A DNA stretch of 64,000 nucleotides, from the NCBI GenBank assembly GCA_903874955.1, contig CAIQTY010000028.1, positions 4,540 to 68,539 on the forward strand, given 5' to 3'. The DNA comes from an uncultured Alphaproteobacteria bacterium (lineage in GTDB: Bacteria; Pseudomonadota; Alphaproteobacteria; Paracaedibacterales; CAITNM01). The position numbers were made by a program, and so were the translations under genes. Positions 1 through 12,987 of this stretch are shown in pieces. The notes under the pieces were generated by a model. It was not told the DNA's origin, did not search any database, and was given only the letters and a program-made list of their open reading frames with translations. Numbering within the stretch: the first letter of the stretch is position 1; each line of letters opens with the position of its first letter.

Positions 1-440
1 ACTGTTAAAATTAATTCAACGCGGCCAGCAAAGGCAATTTGCAATAAATTAATTAAAGTAAAGATTGCAATAATAGAAACTTCAATAATCATCATCATCG
101 GCTTAGAGATAGGCCCACATATACTTGTAAGGCAGCCCATTGCTGCAGAAACCAGCGCAGCATAACCTATCCAGGCTAAAATCCAGTAAACCCAGGCAAT
201 ATAAAACCCTGCACTTTTACCGAATGCTTCTTCTACATATACATGTGGCCCTCCTGTTCTTGAATGCTTACTGCATAAATGACAAAAAACCAGAGACAAA
301 AGCACAGCACCTAGCGATGCAATAACCCAACCAAGAAAAGAAATTGAACCATATGGAGCAAGAATCGCAGGCAGCATCAAGACGCCACTTCCAACCAAAT
401 TACCCACAACTAAAGCAACAAGTTGCCAAAAACCAAGCAT
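1..440 (-). CDS. APC-superfamily amino acid/polyamine permease, N-terminal part (gene runs off the left edge)
   Basis: Not in the ORF track because the window edge truncates it. ATG at 440 on the minus strand, and the frame stays open to position 1. The translation MLGFWQLVALVVGNLVGSGVLMLPAILAPYG...GGPHVYVEEAFGKSAGFYIAWVYWILAW is multi-TM and resembles the N-terminal signature region of APC permeases. Confidence 0.6.
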   Translation of the reverse strand, partial: MLGFWQLVALVVGNLVGSGVLMLPAILAPYGSISFLGWVIASLGAVLLSLVFCHLCSKHSRTGGPHVYVEEAFGKSAGFYIAWVYWILAWIGYAALVSAAMGCLTSICGPISKPMMMIIEVSIIAIFTLINLLQIAFAGRVELILT

Positions 441-548
441 AAACTTATTTATTGTTTTTATAATGACATATATTGTACATAAATATCATAGTTTTGGGAA
501 TTGCATAAATAAAATGAAACTTAAAATTTTCCAGAATTCATCAATAGG

Positions 549-653
549 GTGAAACCTAATCAACATATTAATATTTTTATCGGTGCTGGCTCTTGCGGCG
601 CTGTCACCGCTAGAATAAAAGGGTATGGATCTCTTGAACATGATATCCAATAA
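549..653 (+). pseudogene. possible relic of the N-terminus of an FAD/NAD-binding oxidoreductase (34 codons)
   Basis: GTG-initiated mini-ORF MKPNQHINIFIGAGSCGAVTARIKGYGSLEHDIQ*. It has a beta-strand plus GxGxxG plus helix, as at the start of GMC-type and other flavoenzymes. It is locally G+C-richer than the AT-rich flanks and stops after 34 aa. Confidence 0.2.
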
Positions 654-849
654 GAACTCCCACTTTAAAAGTCAACTGAAATGCAACACTAGGCGATTCT
701 GAAATTCAATCTAATTTGAGAAAATAATGAATGTCCAGATATCAGAGAAAACGACCATGTCCTTTTTAGTGATGTTTAAGTTTCGTTGATATTTTTGTAT
801 TATTTTGCTTTAATTAAAAGTATAGACTTATTTTAAGAGAATTAATTAA

Positions 850-2480
<1,631 letters not shown>

Positions 2481-3641
2481 ATGAATATTCATGAATACCA
2501 GGCAAAAAAACTCCTAGATGCCTTTGATATAGCTGTAGGCAATGGTATGGCAGCAGAAACTGTCCAAGAAGCTGTTGATGCAACAAATGAATTGGGGGGC
2601 TCTGTTTGGGTGGTTAAAGCGCAAATTCACGCAGGAGGCCGTGGTAAGGCTGGTGGCGTTAAAGTCTGTAAATCTCCTGATGAAGTAAAAACTTATGCAA
2701 GTAACTTGTTGGGATCAAACCTGGTTACCCATCAAACAGGACCCAAAGGCCAAAAAGTTCGAAAAATATATATCGAAGCTGCGGCTAATATTGAAAAGGA
2801 ATTTTATTTAAGCTTAGTCCTTAATCGTAATACCTCTGAAATTTGCGTTATTGCATCTGCAGAAGGCGGTGTAGACATCGAAGGGGTTGCTGAAAAACAC
2901 CCTGATAAAATCATAAATCTCAATATTTGTTGTGCTTCAGGTATTCATGCTTATCATGCTAGGCAAGTAGCAGCGATCTATGGAATTCTTGATAAAGCAA
3001 AAGAGGTACTTAGGCTTTTACACGGGCTGTATGATTTTTATACAAGTTGTGACTGCAGCCTAATAGAAATAAACCCTTTGGTATTAACCAGTGAGGGGAC
3101 TCTTTTAGCATTAGATGCAAAGGTAAGTTTCGATGATAATGCCCTGTTTCGCCACGAATCAATCAGGGAACTTAGTGATCCTTTCGAAGAAGATGCATCG
3201 GAAACTGAAGCTAAAAGTTATGATCTTAATTACATAAAGCTAGATGGTAAAATAGGCTGCTTGGTTAACGGCGCGGGTCTTGCAATGGCGACTATGGATA
3301 TCATCAAACACTATGGTGGCGAACCCGCAAACTTCTTGGATGTAGGCGGAGGAGCCACAAAAGAGAATGTGAGCAAAGCCTTTCAAATAATCTTAAAAGA
3401 TCCAGAAGTCAAAGCCATACTTGTCAACATTTTTGGGGGGATTATGAGATGCGATATCATTGCCCTAGGGATTATTGCGGCAGCCACAGAAATGAAACTA
3501 GATGTGCCACTTATTGTCCGGCTACAGGGAACGAATAAAGACCTTGGAAAGCAACTGCTGGAAAGTTCAGGATTAAATATTATTGCTGCTGATGGCCTAG
3601 ATGAAGCCGCACAAAAAGCAGTTGCTTCTTTGAAAGGTTAG
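2481..3641 (+). CDS. sucC: succinyl-CoA synthetase beta subunit
   Basis: 386 aa. Canonical start [15 protein letters not shown]-grasp region [19 protein letters not shown]-terminal ligase-CoA domain. The ATG directly follows the mdh stop. Confidence 0.95.
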   Translation: MNIHEYQAKKLLDAFDIAVGNGMAAETVQEAVDATNELGGSVWVVKAQIHAGGRGKAGGVKVCKSPDEVKTYASNLLGSNLVTHQTGPKGQKVRKIYIEAAANIEKEFYLSLVLNRNTSEICVIASAEGGVDIEGVAEKHPDKIINLNICCASGIHAYHARQVAAIYGILDKAKEVLRLLHGLYDFYTSCDCSLIEINPLVLTSEGTLLALDAKVSFDDNALFRHESIRELSDPFEEDASETEAKSYDLNYIKLDGKIGCLVNGAGLAMATMDIIKHYGGEPANFLDVGGGATKENVSKAFQIILKDPEVKAILVNIFGGIMRCDIIALGIIAAATEMKLDVPLIVRLQGTNKDLGKQLLESSGLNIIAADGLDEAAQKAVASLKG

Positions 3642-3644
3642 GCC

Positions 3645-4532
3645 ATGGCTATTTTAGTTAACAAAAATACAAAGGTCATTTGCCAGGGATTTACCGGTAA
3701 GCAAGGTACTTTTCATAGTGAACAGGCAATTGCCTACGGGACCCAGTTTGTAGGTGGCGTAACGCCTGGAAAAGGTGGAACTACCCATCTTGATCGACCC
3801 GTATTCGATACTGTCAAAGATGCGGTCAAAAAAACAGACGCAAATGCCACCATGATTTATGTTCCCGCTGCATATGCGGCTGATGCTATTTTAGAAGCAG
3901 CAGATGCAGGCATTGATGTTATTGTTTGTATAACCGAGGGTATTCCTGTTCAGGATATGGTGCAGGTTAAAAAAACTCTTAGTTCTAGGAAGTGCCGTTT
4001 GATCGGACCTAACTGCCCAGGAATTATTACCCCTGATGCGTGTAAAATCGGCATTATGCCAGGATTTATTCATAAAAGTGGTAAAATCGGTATTGTATCA
4101 AGGTCTGGCACCCTAACCTACGAAGCTGTATACCAAACAACTCAAAATGGTCTTGGACAAAGCACCTGCGTTGGCATTGGTGGAGATCCGGTTAAAGGCC
4201 TTAATTTTATTGAGATACTTGAAATGTTTTACGAAGATAACGATACACACGGAATACTGCTAATCGGAGAAATTGGCGGGCAAGACGAGCAAATAGGTGC
4301 TGAATACATATCTCATCAAGCAAAAAAAGGTATTAGAAAACCAGCAGCAGCTTTCATCGCTGGTGTTACGGCGCCAGCCGGTCGACGCATGGGCCATGCC
4401 GGTGCTATTGCATCTGGCAAAGGGGACAATGCTCAAGATAAAATTACATTTTTAAAAGCGCATGGAATTGAAATAGCCCCTACCCCTGCCCATATGGGAG
4501 AAGCAATGAAAAAAGCAATGGGAGCCTTATAA
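3645..4532 (+). CDS. sucD: succinyl-CoA synthetase alpha subunit
   Basis: 295 aa. CoA-binding N-terminus [23 protein letters not shown] motif and phosphohistidine loop MGHAGAI. Confidence 0.95.
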   Translation: MAILVNKNTKVICQGFTGKQGTFHSEQAIAYGTQFVGGVTPGKGGTTHLDRPVFDTVKDAVKKTDANATMIYVPAAYAADAILEAADAGIDVIVCITEGIPVQDMVQVKKTLSSRKCRLIGPNCPGIITPDACKIGIMPGFIHKSGKIGIVSRSGTLTYEAVYQTTQNGLGQSTCVGIGGDPVKGLNFIEILEMFYEDNDTHGILLIGEIGGQDEQIGAEYISHQAKKGIRKPAAAFIAGVTAPAGRRMGHAGAIASGKGDNAQDKITFLKAHGIEIAPTPAHMGEAMKKAMGAL

Positions 4533-7249
4533 TGGATGATTTGCTTCATGGCGATAATGCGGCATTTTTAAGCGATCTTTATAATCAATACACTCGCGAT
4601 CCAGAGACCGTAGATCCTAAATGGCAAAGGGTGTTCAGAGACATGGAGCCATTGTCATCTGGTGGAGCAACTGATGAGAAATCCATTACTGATTCAATTC
4701 GGGCCTTAATGTTAATTAGAGCTTACAGAGTCCGAGGCCACTTATCAGCGAATCTTGATCCACTTGGAATTGAAAAACGTGAAAAACATTCTGAATTGGA
4801 TCCCGTAGACTATGGATTTGGGCCAGAAGATTATAAAAGACCAATTTATATAGATAATGTTTTAGGATTCAAAAAGGTATCTCTTGAAACTATCCTAGAA
4901 AGACTTCGAAAAACATATTGCGGAAAAGTCGGCGTTGAGTTCATGCATATTCAAGATCCATCTCAAAAAAGTTGGATTCAAAAACATATAGAAAACAGCA
5001 TTAAACCAAAAATTGACCCCAGAAAGATTCTCAGCGAATTAACCCGTGCAGAATTTTTTGAAAAATTTTTAAACACAAAATTCCCCGGTGCAAAACGATT
5101 CGGCCTTGAAGGCGGAGAAAGCTTAATTCCAGGAATCGAGCAAGTTCTTGATGTTTATCAAAGCCAGGGTGTTCAAGAAGTTTGTTTTGGCCTTGCGCAC
5201 CGCGGGCGCCTTTGCGTGTTAGCTAATATTATGCATCAGCCAATTCGCCATATTTTAGCACTATTTCAAGGGCAAAGCTTAAATCCTGAAAATTATAAAG
5301 GTTCAGGTGATGTTAAATACCATTTAGGATATTCGTCAGATCGCACCTTTAATGGTAAACAACTTCATTTATCTTTAAATGCAAATCCATCTCACCTTGA
5401 AGCGGTGAATCCAGTTGTACTAGGCAAAATTCGTTCAAAGCAAGATCAGAAAAACGATTTAGAGAGGAAAAAAGTTGCAGGCATTTTATTACACGGAGAC
5501 GCTGCGTTCGCAGGCCAAGGGTTGGTTGCAGAAAGCCTCAGTTTATGCGGCCTTGATGGCTATGAAACCGGAGGTACTCTTCATATCATTATCAATAACC
5601 AGATAGGCTTTACAACTTCCCCACCTCATTCGCGCTCAAGCCCCTACTCTTCTGATGTAGCAAAAGGTATACAAGCACCGATTTTCCATGTGAATGCTGA
5701 TTCACCAGAGGATGTAGTTTGGGTAAGCCATTTAGCCGCAGAATTTGTACGCACATTCGGCGTAGATGCAGTCATTGATATGGTTTGCTATAGGCGTTAT
5801 GGACATAACGAAATGGATGAACCTGCATTTACGCAACCGATTATGTATAAAGCTATTTCAAAGCACCCAACCACTCGAACTCTTTATGCAGAATACGTTC
5901 AGCAATTAAATTATTTATCAGCCGATGACGTAACTGCTATTGAAAAAGAAGTTCAAAACCAGCTTAACAGTGAATTTGAAGCGGCATCCCGACTCGATGA
6001 AGATGAGAAAAAACTTGATTGGTTGGAAGGTGCTTGGAGTAAAATAAAAGGCAAGAAACCTAAAGCAGAGACGGGTGTACCTGAAGAGCTCCTTAAAAAA
6101 TTAGGTAGCGCCCTTTGTACAATTCCTGAAGGTTTTAATGTTAATACAAAATTAAAACGTCAACTGGACCAAAGATTACAGTTACTAATGAATGATGGCC
6201 CGCTTGATTGGGCTGCTGGTGAATCTTTGGCATTTGGTACTCTTTTGAGTGAAGGAAAAATGGTACGTCTCTCCGGTCAAGATTCCTGCCGTGGAACTTT
6301 TTCCCATCGTCATGCTGTTATTATCGATCAGGAAAATGAAAATCGCTACATTCCATTAAACAACCTTGGTGTTGAACAAGCAAAATTTGAAGTTCTTGAT
6401 AGCCCGCTTGCTGAAGCATCTGTTCTGGGATTCGATTATGGCTACAGTTCAGCGAATCCTGAAGCATTGGTATTATGGGAAGCACAATTTGGTGATTTTG
6501 CTAATGGAGCCCAGGTGATTATTGACCAGTTCATTAGTTCAGCAGAAAAAAAATGGCTGCGCCTATCGGGGCTTGTAATGCTATTACCCCATGGGATGGA
6601 AGGGCAAGGCCCTGAACATTCATCAGCAAGATTAGAACGCTACCTTCAACTTTGCGCAGAAGATAATATGCAGGTTATTAATTGCACTACCCCTGCTAAT
6701 TTTTTCCATGTGCTAAGACGCCAACTCCATAGTGAGTGGAGAAAACCCCTTATTGTCATGACACCTAAATCATTACTGCGCCATAAAGCTGCTGTATCAC
6801 CCTTGAAAGATATGGCAACAGGGACTTACTTTAAAACGGTCATTGGTGATTATGTCGTTCAAAAGCCATCTAGAATTGTTTTATGCAGTGGGAAAATTTA
6901 TTATGAATTACTAGAACAAAGAGAAAAAAAACAAGCAAACGATGTTGCGATTTTAAGGCTTGAACAGTATTATCCCTTTCCTGAAAAATCACTTATTGAT
7001 GAGCTAAAATCCTATACTGACGTTCCATTAGTGTGGTGCCAAGAGGAACCGCAAAATATGGGTGCATGGAACTTTGTTGATCGTCGTATTGAAAAAGTTT
7101 TAAAAAGTTTAGGGAATAAACATGCACGTCCTTACTATGCAGGTCGCGCAGAAGCTGCATCTCCTGCTACAGGTATTGCTGGAAGACATGAAAAAGAGCA
7201 AGCTACTATTGTTGAGGCGGCCCTGTTCGGTACATTGCAAGATGGTTAA
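4532..7249 (+). CDS. sucA: 2-oxoglutarate dehydrogenase E1 component
   Basis: 905 aa. Conserved E1o blocks: AYRVRGH, RFGLEGGES, LLHGDAAFAGQG, YRRYGHNE and QFGDFANGAQ. The start overlaps the sucD stop. Confidence 0.95.
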   Translation: MDDLLHGDNAAFLSDLYNQYTRDPETVDPKWQRVFRDMEPLSSGGATDEKSITDSIRALMLIRAYRVRGHLSANLDPLGIEKREKHSELDPVDYGFGPEDYKRPIYIDNVLGFKKVSLETILERLRKTYCGKVGVEFMHIQDPSQKSWIQKHIENSIKPKIDPRKILSELTRAEFFEKFLNTKFPGAKRFGLEGGESLIPGIEQVLDVYQSQGVQEVCFGLAHRGRLCVLANIMHQPIRHILALFQGQSLNPENYKGSGDVKYHLGYSSDRTFNGKQLHLSLNANPSHLEAVNPVVLGKIRSKQDQKNDLERKKVAGILLHGDAAFAGQGLVAESLSLCGLDGYETGGTLHIIINNQIGFTTSPPHSRSSPYSSDVAKGIQAPIFHVNADSPEDVVWVSHLAAEFVRTFGVDAVIDMVCYRRYGHNEMDEPAFTQPIMYKAISKHPTTRTLYAEYVQQLNYLSADDVTAIEKEVQNQLNSEFEAASRLDEDEKKLDWLEGAWSKIKGKKPKAETGVPEELLKKLGSALCTIPEGFNVNTKLKRQLDQRLQLLMNDGPLDWAAGESLAFGTLLSEGKMVRLSGQDSCRGTFSHRHAVIIDQENENRYIPLNNLGVEQAKFEVLDSPLAEASVLGFDYGYSSANPEALVLWEAQFGDFANGAQVIIDQFISSAEKKWLRLSGLVMLLPHGMEGQGPEHSSARLERYLQLCAEDNMQVINCTTPANFFHVLRRQLHSEWRKPLIVMTPKSLLRHKAAVSPLKDMATGTYFKTVIGDYVVQKPSRIVLCSGKIYYELLEQREKKQANDVAILRLEQYYPFPEKSLIDELKSYTDVPLVWCQEEPQNMGAWNFVDRRIEKVLKSLGNKHARPYYAGRAEAASPATGIAGRHEKEQATIVEAALFGTLQDG

Positions 7250-7391
7250 ATGTTTCAGGATACTACGAGCAAATCAGTCGATATTACCCACTAGACCCTC
7301 AAATCAAGCCGGAGGAAAACTATGGTGGGAGAGAGACTGGATGTCACGATCAGCTCTGAGGAAAACTATAGTTTCATTACAAGAGGTATAA

Positions 7392-8537
7392 ATGAGTATT
7401 ATCGAAATCAAAGTTCCGTCCCTTGGAGAATCTGTAACTGAAGCCACAGTCGGAAAATGGCTAAAAAAGCAAGGGGAAACAGCTCAAGCAGATGCCGTTT
7501 TAGTTGAACTCGAAACAGATAAGGTAACACTAGAAGTTTATGCGCCCGAAGATGGAACATTAACTGAGGCAGTAGCTACAACTGGCAGCACAATCAAAGT
7601 CGGTGACGTTCTTGCCAAGTTCACCCCTGGTAAGATTGAAAAAACGGCGAGTACTGCAAAAGAAACAATAATAGAAAAAACTGCTGCTCAAGCCCCAGCT
7701 GCTGTTACAACGCCTGAAAAGTCCTCTGCCGCTCAACCACCTGCTGCCCACTCAAATGAACCCCATGGGCAAAGCAATGTTGCTGAATTTATTAGCTCAG
7801 CTGCTCATAAAAAAACCTCCACCATAACCGGTCATACCCGCGATGAGCTTCGCGTACCAATGAGCCGATTGCGCCAACGCATCGCTGAACGCTTAAAAGG
7901 TGCACAAAACACAGCAGCAATCCTTACGACTTTTAATGAAATTGATATGAGTGCTATTTTACAATTGCGCGCCCTGTATAAAGATAGTTTTGAAAAAAAA
8001 CACGGTGTTAAACTTGGTTTTATGTCTTTTTTTGTAAAAGCATGCGTACAAGCCCTTAAAGAGCAACCCATTATTAACAGCTGTATTGACGGGCAAGACA
8101 TCATCACCAAAACCTACTTCGACATTGGTATTGCCGTGTCTACGCCCAATGGTTTAGTTGTACCTATTATTCGTGATGCCGACACATTAAGCCTTGCAGA
8201 TATTGAAAAAACCATCGGAAATCTTGGTAAAAAAGGCCGCGATGGAAAACTAACCATCGAAGAAATGACCGGAGGCACTTTTACCATTACTAACGGTGGT
8301 GTTTTTGGATCGCTTCTCAGCACGCCAATCATCAATCCCCCCCAATCAGCCATTTTGGGCATGCACAAAACCCAAGAACGCCCTGTGGCGGTAAATGGAC
8401 AAATCGTAATTCGCCCAATGATGTACTTGGCACTTTCTTACGATCATCGTTTAGTCGATGGTAAAGAAGCGGTAACTTTTCTAGTGACCGTTAAAGAATG
8501 CCTAGAAAACCCCGGTAGGTTTTTGTTGGAGATTTAG
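7392..8537 (+). CDS. sucB: 2-oxoglutarate dehydrogenase E2 (dihydrolipoamide succinyltransferase)
   Basis: 381 aa. N-terminal lipoyl domain with lipoyl-lysine context ELETDKV, an Ala/Pro-rich linker, and the C-terminal acyltransferase catalytic motif [10 protein letters not shown]. Confidence 0.95.
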   Translation: MSIIEIKVPSLGESVTEATVGKWLKKQGETAQADAVLVELETDKVTLEVYAPEDGTLTEAVATTGSTIKVGDVLAKFTPGKIEKTASTAKETIIEKTAAQAPAAVTTPEKSSAAQPPAAHSNEPHGQSNVAEFISSAAHKKTSTITGHTRDELRVPMSRLRQRIAERLKGAQNTAAILTTFNEIDMSAILQLRALYKDSFEKKHGVKLGFMSFFVKACVQALKEQPIINSCIDGQDIITKTYFDIGIAVSTPNGLVVPIIRDADTLSLADIEKTIGNLGKKGRDGKLTIEEMTGGTFTITNGGVFGSLLSTPIINPPQSAILGMHKTQERPVAVNGQIVIRPMMYLALSYDHRLVDGKEAVTFLVTVKECLENPGRFLLEI

Positions 8538-8700
8538 GGTGGCTTCAATCCTAAGAACTATGTAAATATGTTGAGTTCTAATAAAACATTTAGAACCTGC
8601 ACTACAAATGTAATCTTTTTCAGTTAGCTTATCGATTTGCGAATTGACATAGAATCCTTAAAACGCTTATCTAAAGCAGGTAAAAGTAATTAAGTTTTTT

Positions 8701-11205
8701 ATGTCGTACCCGTTTAGAAGTGTTGAAAAAAAGTGGCAAGAATTTTGGATGCAAAATAATAGCTTTGAGGTTTCCGATACTGGTAAAAACCCAAAAGCCT
8801 ATATTCTTGAAATGCTGCCCTACCCTTCTGGGAGACTTCATATGGGGCATGTACGCAATTACACACTAGGCGATGCAATGGCCAGGTTTAAAACAGCTCA
8901 GGGTTACAGGGTTTTACACCCTATGGGGTGGGATGCATTCGGCCTGCCCGCTGAAAACGCAGCAATCCAAAATAAAACTCATCCAGCAATTTGGACGCGC
9001 CAAAATATAGCGGAAATGAAAAAGCAGCTATTAGCACTTGGCTTTTCCTATGATTGGGAAAGGGAAATCAGCACTTGTGAACCCAACTATTACGGCAAAG
9101 AGCAAGCAATCTTTTTAGACTTTTATGAAAAAGGATTGGTCTATAGAAAAGAATCTTGGGTAAATTGGGATCCCATTGAAAATTCAGTGCTTGCTAATGA
9201 ACAAGTAGTCGATGGAAAAGGTTGGCGTTCAGGCGCTGCGGTTGAGCGACGTTTATTAAACCAATGGTCTTTAAAAATTACCCACTATGCCCAGGAACTA
9301 ATTGATGATTTAGCCAAACTCTCTGGCTGGCCGGAAAAGGTTGTTAAAATGCAAGAAAATTGGATTGGGCGATCTGAAGGCGCCCAAGTTCAATTTCATG
9401 TTCCAAGCCAAAATATTGATTTAACAATTTATACAACCCGCCCCGAAACTCTTTATGGTTCCTCATTTATAGCGTTAGCGCCGCAACATCCAATGGTAGC
9501 GGAATTTGCAAAATCGAACGCTGATCTTGATGCGTTTATTAAAGAATGTCAGAAAACTGGCACTACTGAAGAAGCAATGGCAACAGCTGAAAAAAAAGGA
9601 TATCCCATCGGTATCGATGCAATTAATCCCATCACAAAACAGCCTGTACCAATCTATGCGGCAAATTTCGTGCTCATGGATTACGGCACTGGAGCTTTAT
9701 TTGGTTGCCCAGGCCACGATGCCAGAGATTTTGAATTTGCAACAAAATACAAGCTGCCCATCAAAAGGGTCATCAGTAGTGATCAGGACCTACCTCATTT
9801 AGAGACAACAGGTCAAATGGTCGATTCAGATTTTCTAACCGGATTAGATTGCATTGCCGCTAAAGTGCAGATGATTGATTTCATCGAAAAAAACGATCTT
9901 GGAAAACGCCAGGTGAATTATAGATTACGTGACTGGTTAGTCTCTCGGCAACGTTATTGGGGATGCCCTATTCCGATTATTTACTGCGATTCATGCGGAG
10001 CAGTGCCTGTGCCAAAAGATCAACTTCCAGTTGTTTTGCCTGAAGATGTAACCTTCGAAAAGCCTGGAAATCCCCTAGATCACCATCCCAGCTGGAAACA
10101 TACTAATTGTCCAGCATGTTCAAAACCAGCCGTTCGCGAAACTGATACTCTTGATACGTTTTTTGAGAGCTCGTGGTATTTTATGCGCTATACTTGCGCA
10201 AAATCCGAGACGCCCATCGATAAAAAAACCGTTGAGAATTGGCTGCCAGTCGATCAATACATTGGTGGGGTTGAACATGCTGTATTACACCTTCTTTATG
10301 CGCGCTTTTTCACAAAAGCCATGCGCGATTGCGGTTATGCAAATATAGATGAACCTTTTAAAAACCTAATGACTCAGGGCATGGTTTGCCATGCAACCTA
10401 TAAGGATGCAAATGGCACTTGGCTCTATCCTGAAGAAGTTGAAAAGACAACGTCGGGATTTATCAAAACGTCGGATGGCAGCCCTGTAAGTCAAGGTCGC
10501 CAGGAAAAAATGAGTAAATCTAAGAAGAATTTAGTTGATCCGCAAGCCATTATTGATGGCTATGGCGCAGATGTAGCGCGCCTATTCATAATGTCAGATA
10601 CCCCTCCTGAAAAAGATTTCGATTGGAACGATGACGGACTTGAGGGAAGTTGGCGTTATATTAACCGTTTATGGCGCCTGGGAGAGAAAATTGCTGAGCA
10701 TAAGGATGGAGTAACAGATAAAAATTTTGCTGTAAAAAAATCAGCGCATCAGTACTTAGACAAGATCACTCAAGCCTATGAAAGCTATGCTTTCAATAAA
10801 GTGCTCGCTTTTTGCCGGGAACTTACGCACGAAATCGACAGTGTTATAGAACAGTGTGACAAGCAAACGCTTACAGATGCATTCTCGATGTTAATCCAAG
10901 CTATAAACCCAATTACACCGCACTTAGCTCATGAATTATGGAAAAATTTACACAGAGAAATCTACGTTGATACGACCCCTTGGCCAACGATTGATAAAAC
11001 ACTTTTAATAGACGATAAAGTCACTATCGCTGTTCAAGTTAATGGAAAATTGCGTGGTAGCATCGAAGTTGATATAGATGCTACAGATGAAGTCGTTGTT
11101 CAAGCAGCTCATGCACTTTCAACAGTACAATCCGCTATAAAAGGGCTTACAATTAGAAAAACAATTGTCGTGCCGAAAAGAATTATAAATATGGTTTGTT
11201 CATGA
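8701..11205 (+). CDS. leuS: leucyl-tRNA synthetase
   Basis: 834 aa. Class I signature [11 protein letters not shown] (HIGH), the KMSKS motif (EKMSKSKKN), and a CP1 editing domain insertion. Confidence 0.97.
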   Translation: MSYPFRSVEKKWQEFWMQNNSFEVSDTGKNPKAYILEMLPYPSGRLHMGHVRNYTLGDAMARFKTAQGYRVLHPMGWDAFGLPAENAAIQNKTHPAIWTRQNIAEMKKQLLALGFSYDWEREISTCEPNYYGKEQAIFLDFYEKGLVYRKESWVNWDPIENSVLANEQVVDGKGWRSGAAVERRLLNQWSLKITHYAQELIDDLAKLSGWPEKVVKMQENWIGRSEGAQVQFHVPSQNIDLTIYTTRPETLYGSSFIALAPQHPMVAEFAKSNADLDAFIKECQKTGTTEEAMATAEKKGYPIGIDAINPITKQPVPIYAANFVLMDYGTGALFGCPGHDARDFEFATKYKLPIKRVISSDQDLPHLETTGQMVDSDFLTGLDCIAAKVQMIDFIEKNDLGKRQVNYRLRDWLVSRQRYWGCPIPIIYCDSCGAVPVPKDQLPVVLPEDVTFEKPGNPLDHHPSWKHTNCPACSKPAVRETDTLDTFFESSWYFMRYTCAKSETPIDKKTVENWLPVDQYIGGVEHAVLHLLYARFFTKAMRDCGYANIDEPFKNLMTQGMVCHATYKDANGTWLYPEEVEKTTSGFIKTSDGSPVSQGRQEKMSKSKKNLVDPQAIIDGYGADVARLFIMSDTPPEKDFDWNDDGLEGSWRYINRLWRLGEKIAEHKDGVTDKNFAVKKSAHQYLDKITQAYESYAFNKVLAFCRELTHEIDSVIEQCDKQTLTDAFSMLIQAINPITPHLAHELWKNLHREIYVDTTPWPTIDKTLLIDDKVTIAVQVNGKLRGSIEVDIDATDEVVVQAAHALSTVQSAIKGLTIRKTIVVPKRIINMVCS

Positions 11206-11702
11206 GAAAAAGTTTTCTAACATGCATTACCGCTCTTTGCTTATCTGGGTGCGACTTTACACCGATGCTTGCAAAAAATGATAATGATTTAGCAGAGTCA
11301 GGATCCAGACTTGTTGTCGAGAGTGAAAATAAAGATGGGAGCAGTTACGTTATTCAAATGCTCCGCTTACGCCTGAAGAATTCTTTATCAAACATTGGTT
11401 TAAGTAAGTCATATAAAACGTTTGTCCGAATAAAAGAAGAAGCTGGAAGCCTTGCCTATGCAGCGGATGCCACGTCGACAAGATCGATGATGCGTATGTC
11501 TGCTCAAATTATTATTAGCTGCAATGGTAAAACTGTCTATGAAACAAAGCTTAATGGAGTCACCTCCTATGCACAAAATACAAACGATGAATTTGTAAAT
11601 CAAAGTGCAGTTAATGGCGCGCAAGAAAGGCTTATAGAATCATTAAGTATTGATATAAGCCGTGAAATACAAAAATTTGTTAAAACCAATGCAAACTCCT
11701 AA
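11202..11702 (+). CDS. lptE: LPS-assembly lipoprotein LptE (putative)
   Basis: I prefer the ATG at 11202 (ATGA overlap with the leuS stop) over the TTG at 11196 in the track. [17 protein letters not shown] is a lipoprotein signal with lipobox LSG|C. Its size and its position immediately after leuS match the conserved leuS-lptE synteny. The sequence itself is poorly conserved. Confidence 0.6.
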   Translation: MRKSFLTCITALCLSGCDFTPMLAKNDNDLAESGSRLVVESENKDGSSYVIQMLRLRLKNSLSNIGLSKSYKTFVRIKEEAGSLAYAADATSTRSMMRMSAQIIISCNGKTVYETKLNGVTSYAQNTNDEFVNQSAVNGAQERLIESLSIDISREIQKFVKTNANS

Positions 11703-11719
11703 TAAAGAAAATATTCGCA

Positions 11720-12955
11720 ATGTTTAGTATTTTCGAAAGAACAGTTGCATTTCGGTATTTGCGCTCGCCTAAGCAGGAAGGGTTCGTATCAGTTATTGCA
11801 GGATTTTCGTTTCTCGGCATTGCCCTTGGTGTTGCCACTTTAATCATTGTAATGGCGGTTATGAATGGTTTTAGAGCTGAACTCTATAAAAAATTAGTAG
11901 GAATGCGCGGTCACGTAATGGTGATGTGCGGACCTGCTCAGGAAGATTGGCAAAATGCGCTTGATCTTACAAAAAACACCAAAGGAGTAAGCATTGCTTA
12001 TCCAGTTTTAGAAAAACAAGCGGTGATAACTTTTCATGGACAAGCAAGAGGTATCGGCGTGCTGGGCATGCGAGAGGAAGATCTCATTAACCGTCCAGCG
12101 TTGAATAACGAAAATTTAAAAGGAAGTTTCAAGGATTTTGAAAACCAAAAAATTGCAATAGGCTCCAGACTTGCTAATACACTTGGAATCCAACAAGGTC
12201 AGATGTTAACCTTAATGTTACCAGATGGTACAAAAACCCCTTTTGGAAGCATGCCAAAGCAAGGTAGCTTTGAAGTTACCGCCATATTTGAAATAGGCAT
12301 GCACGAATTTGATAAAAACATGATTTTCTTGCCTTTAGCCACAGCCCAACAGTTCTTCAATTGTAAAACCTCAATAAACCACATCGATATTTTGTTAAAT
12401 GATCTGAAAGAAAGTAAGCAGGTTATTGAAGCTCTTTATAAAGAACTTCCATCAAGCTTTCAAATCGTTGACTGGAAGCATAGTGACAGCCAAATATTTC
12501 AAGCCGTGCAAGTTGAAAAAAACGTCATGTTCATTATTTTAACGCTAATTATTGTGATTGCGGCATTTAATGTAATATCGAGTTTAATTATGTTGGTTAA
12601 AGATAAAACCCGAGATATTGCTATATTGCGCACGATGGGCGCGAGTAAAAGCAATATATTGAAGATATTTTTTCTAACTGGATCCTCAATCGGTATTGCG
12701 GGAACTAGTCTTGGTATTCTTTTAGGAACAGGATTTTCTCTCAATATTGAAAAAATCAGAAGAGGATTAGAGAAAATTCTAGGCACTGAATTGTTTAATG
12801 CAGAAATATATTTTCTAAGCCAATTGCCTGCCAAGATTATCTGGCAAGAAGTTATGCTAGTTGCCATAATGGCCTTAGTATTAACATTTTTAGCAACTTT
12901 TTACCCAGCTTACCGGGCATCACGCCTTGACCCTGTTGAGGCGCTGCGCTTATGA
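11720..12955 (+). CDS. lolC: lipoprotein-releasing system permease, LolC/LolE family (FtsX/MacB-type)
   Basis: 411 aa. Start motif FERTVAFRYLRS, TM1, a large periplasmic loop, three C-terminal TMs, and the terminal YPAYRASRLDPVEALR typical of LolC/E. Confidence 0.85.
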   Translation: MFSIFERTVAFRYLRSPKQEGFVSVIAGFSFLGIALGVATLIIVMAVMNGFRAELYKKLVGMRGHVMVMCGPAQEDWQNALDLTKNTKGVSIAYPVLEKQAVITFHGQARGIGVLGMREEDLINRPALNNENLKGSFKDFENQKIAIGSRLANTLGIQQGQMLTLMLPDGTKTPFGSMPKQGSFEVTAIFEIGMHEFDKNMIFLPLATAQQFFNCKTSINHIDILLNDLKESKQVIEALYKELPSSFQIVDWKHSDSQIFQAVQVEKNVMFIILTLIIVIAAFNVISSLIMLVKDKTRDIAILRTMGASKSNILKIFFLTGSSIGIAGTSLGILLGTGFSLNIEKIRRGLEKILGTELFNAEIYFLSQLPAKIIWQEVMLVAIMALVLTFLATFYPAYRASRLDPVEALRL

Positions 12956-12987
12956 TGGGAAAAATTTTAAAACTTGAGAATTTATGA
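12955..12987 (+). pseudogene. 10-codon stub resembling the N-terminus of the LolD ABC ATPase
   Basis: The ATG overlaps the lolC/E stop (TGATG), which is how lolD normally begins. It reads MGKILKLENL then TGA, and that TGA overlaps the ATG of the next gene. ILKLENL is the typical first beta-strand of ABC ATPases. No Walker A region follows. Confidence 0.3.

Noticed and set aside
7250-7391. The sucA-sucB spacer contains a 12-nt direct repeat (gaggaaaactat, twice) and an 89-aa ORF (7122..7391).
   Set aside because: The repeat is too short to distinguish from chance. The ORF overlaps the sucA 3' end and has no recognisable features.
8538-8700. I considered whether lpdA is absent after sucB, and whether the hairpin gttctaa/ttagaac in the sucB-leuS spacer matters.
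   Set aside because: lpdA often follows sucB in Alphaproteobacteria, but its location is variable and it may simply lie elsewhere. The 7-bp hairpin has no T-tail and is only a weak terminator candidate.
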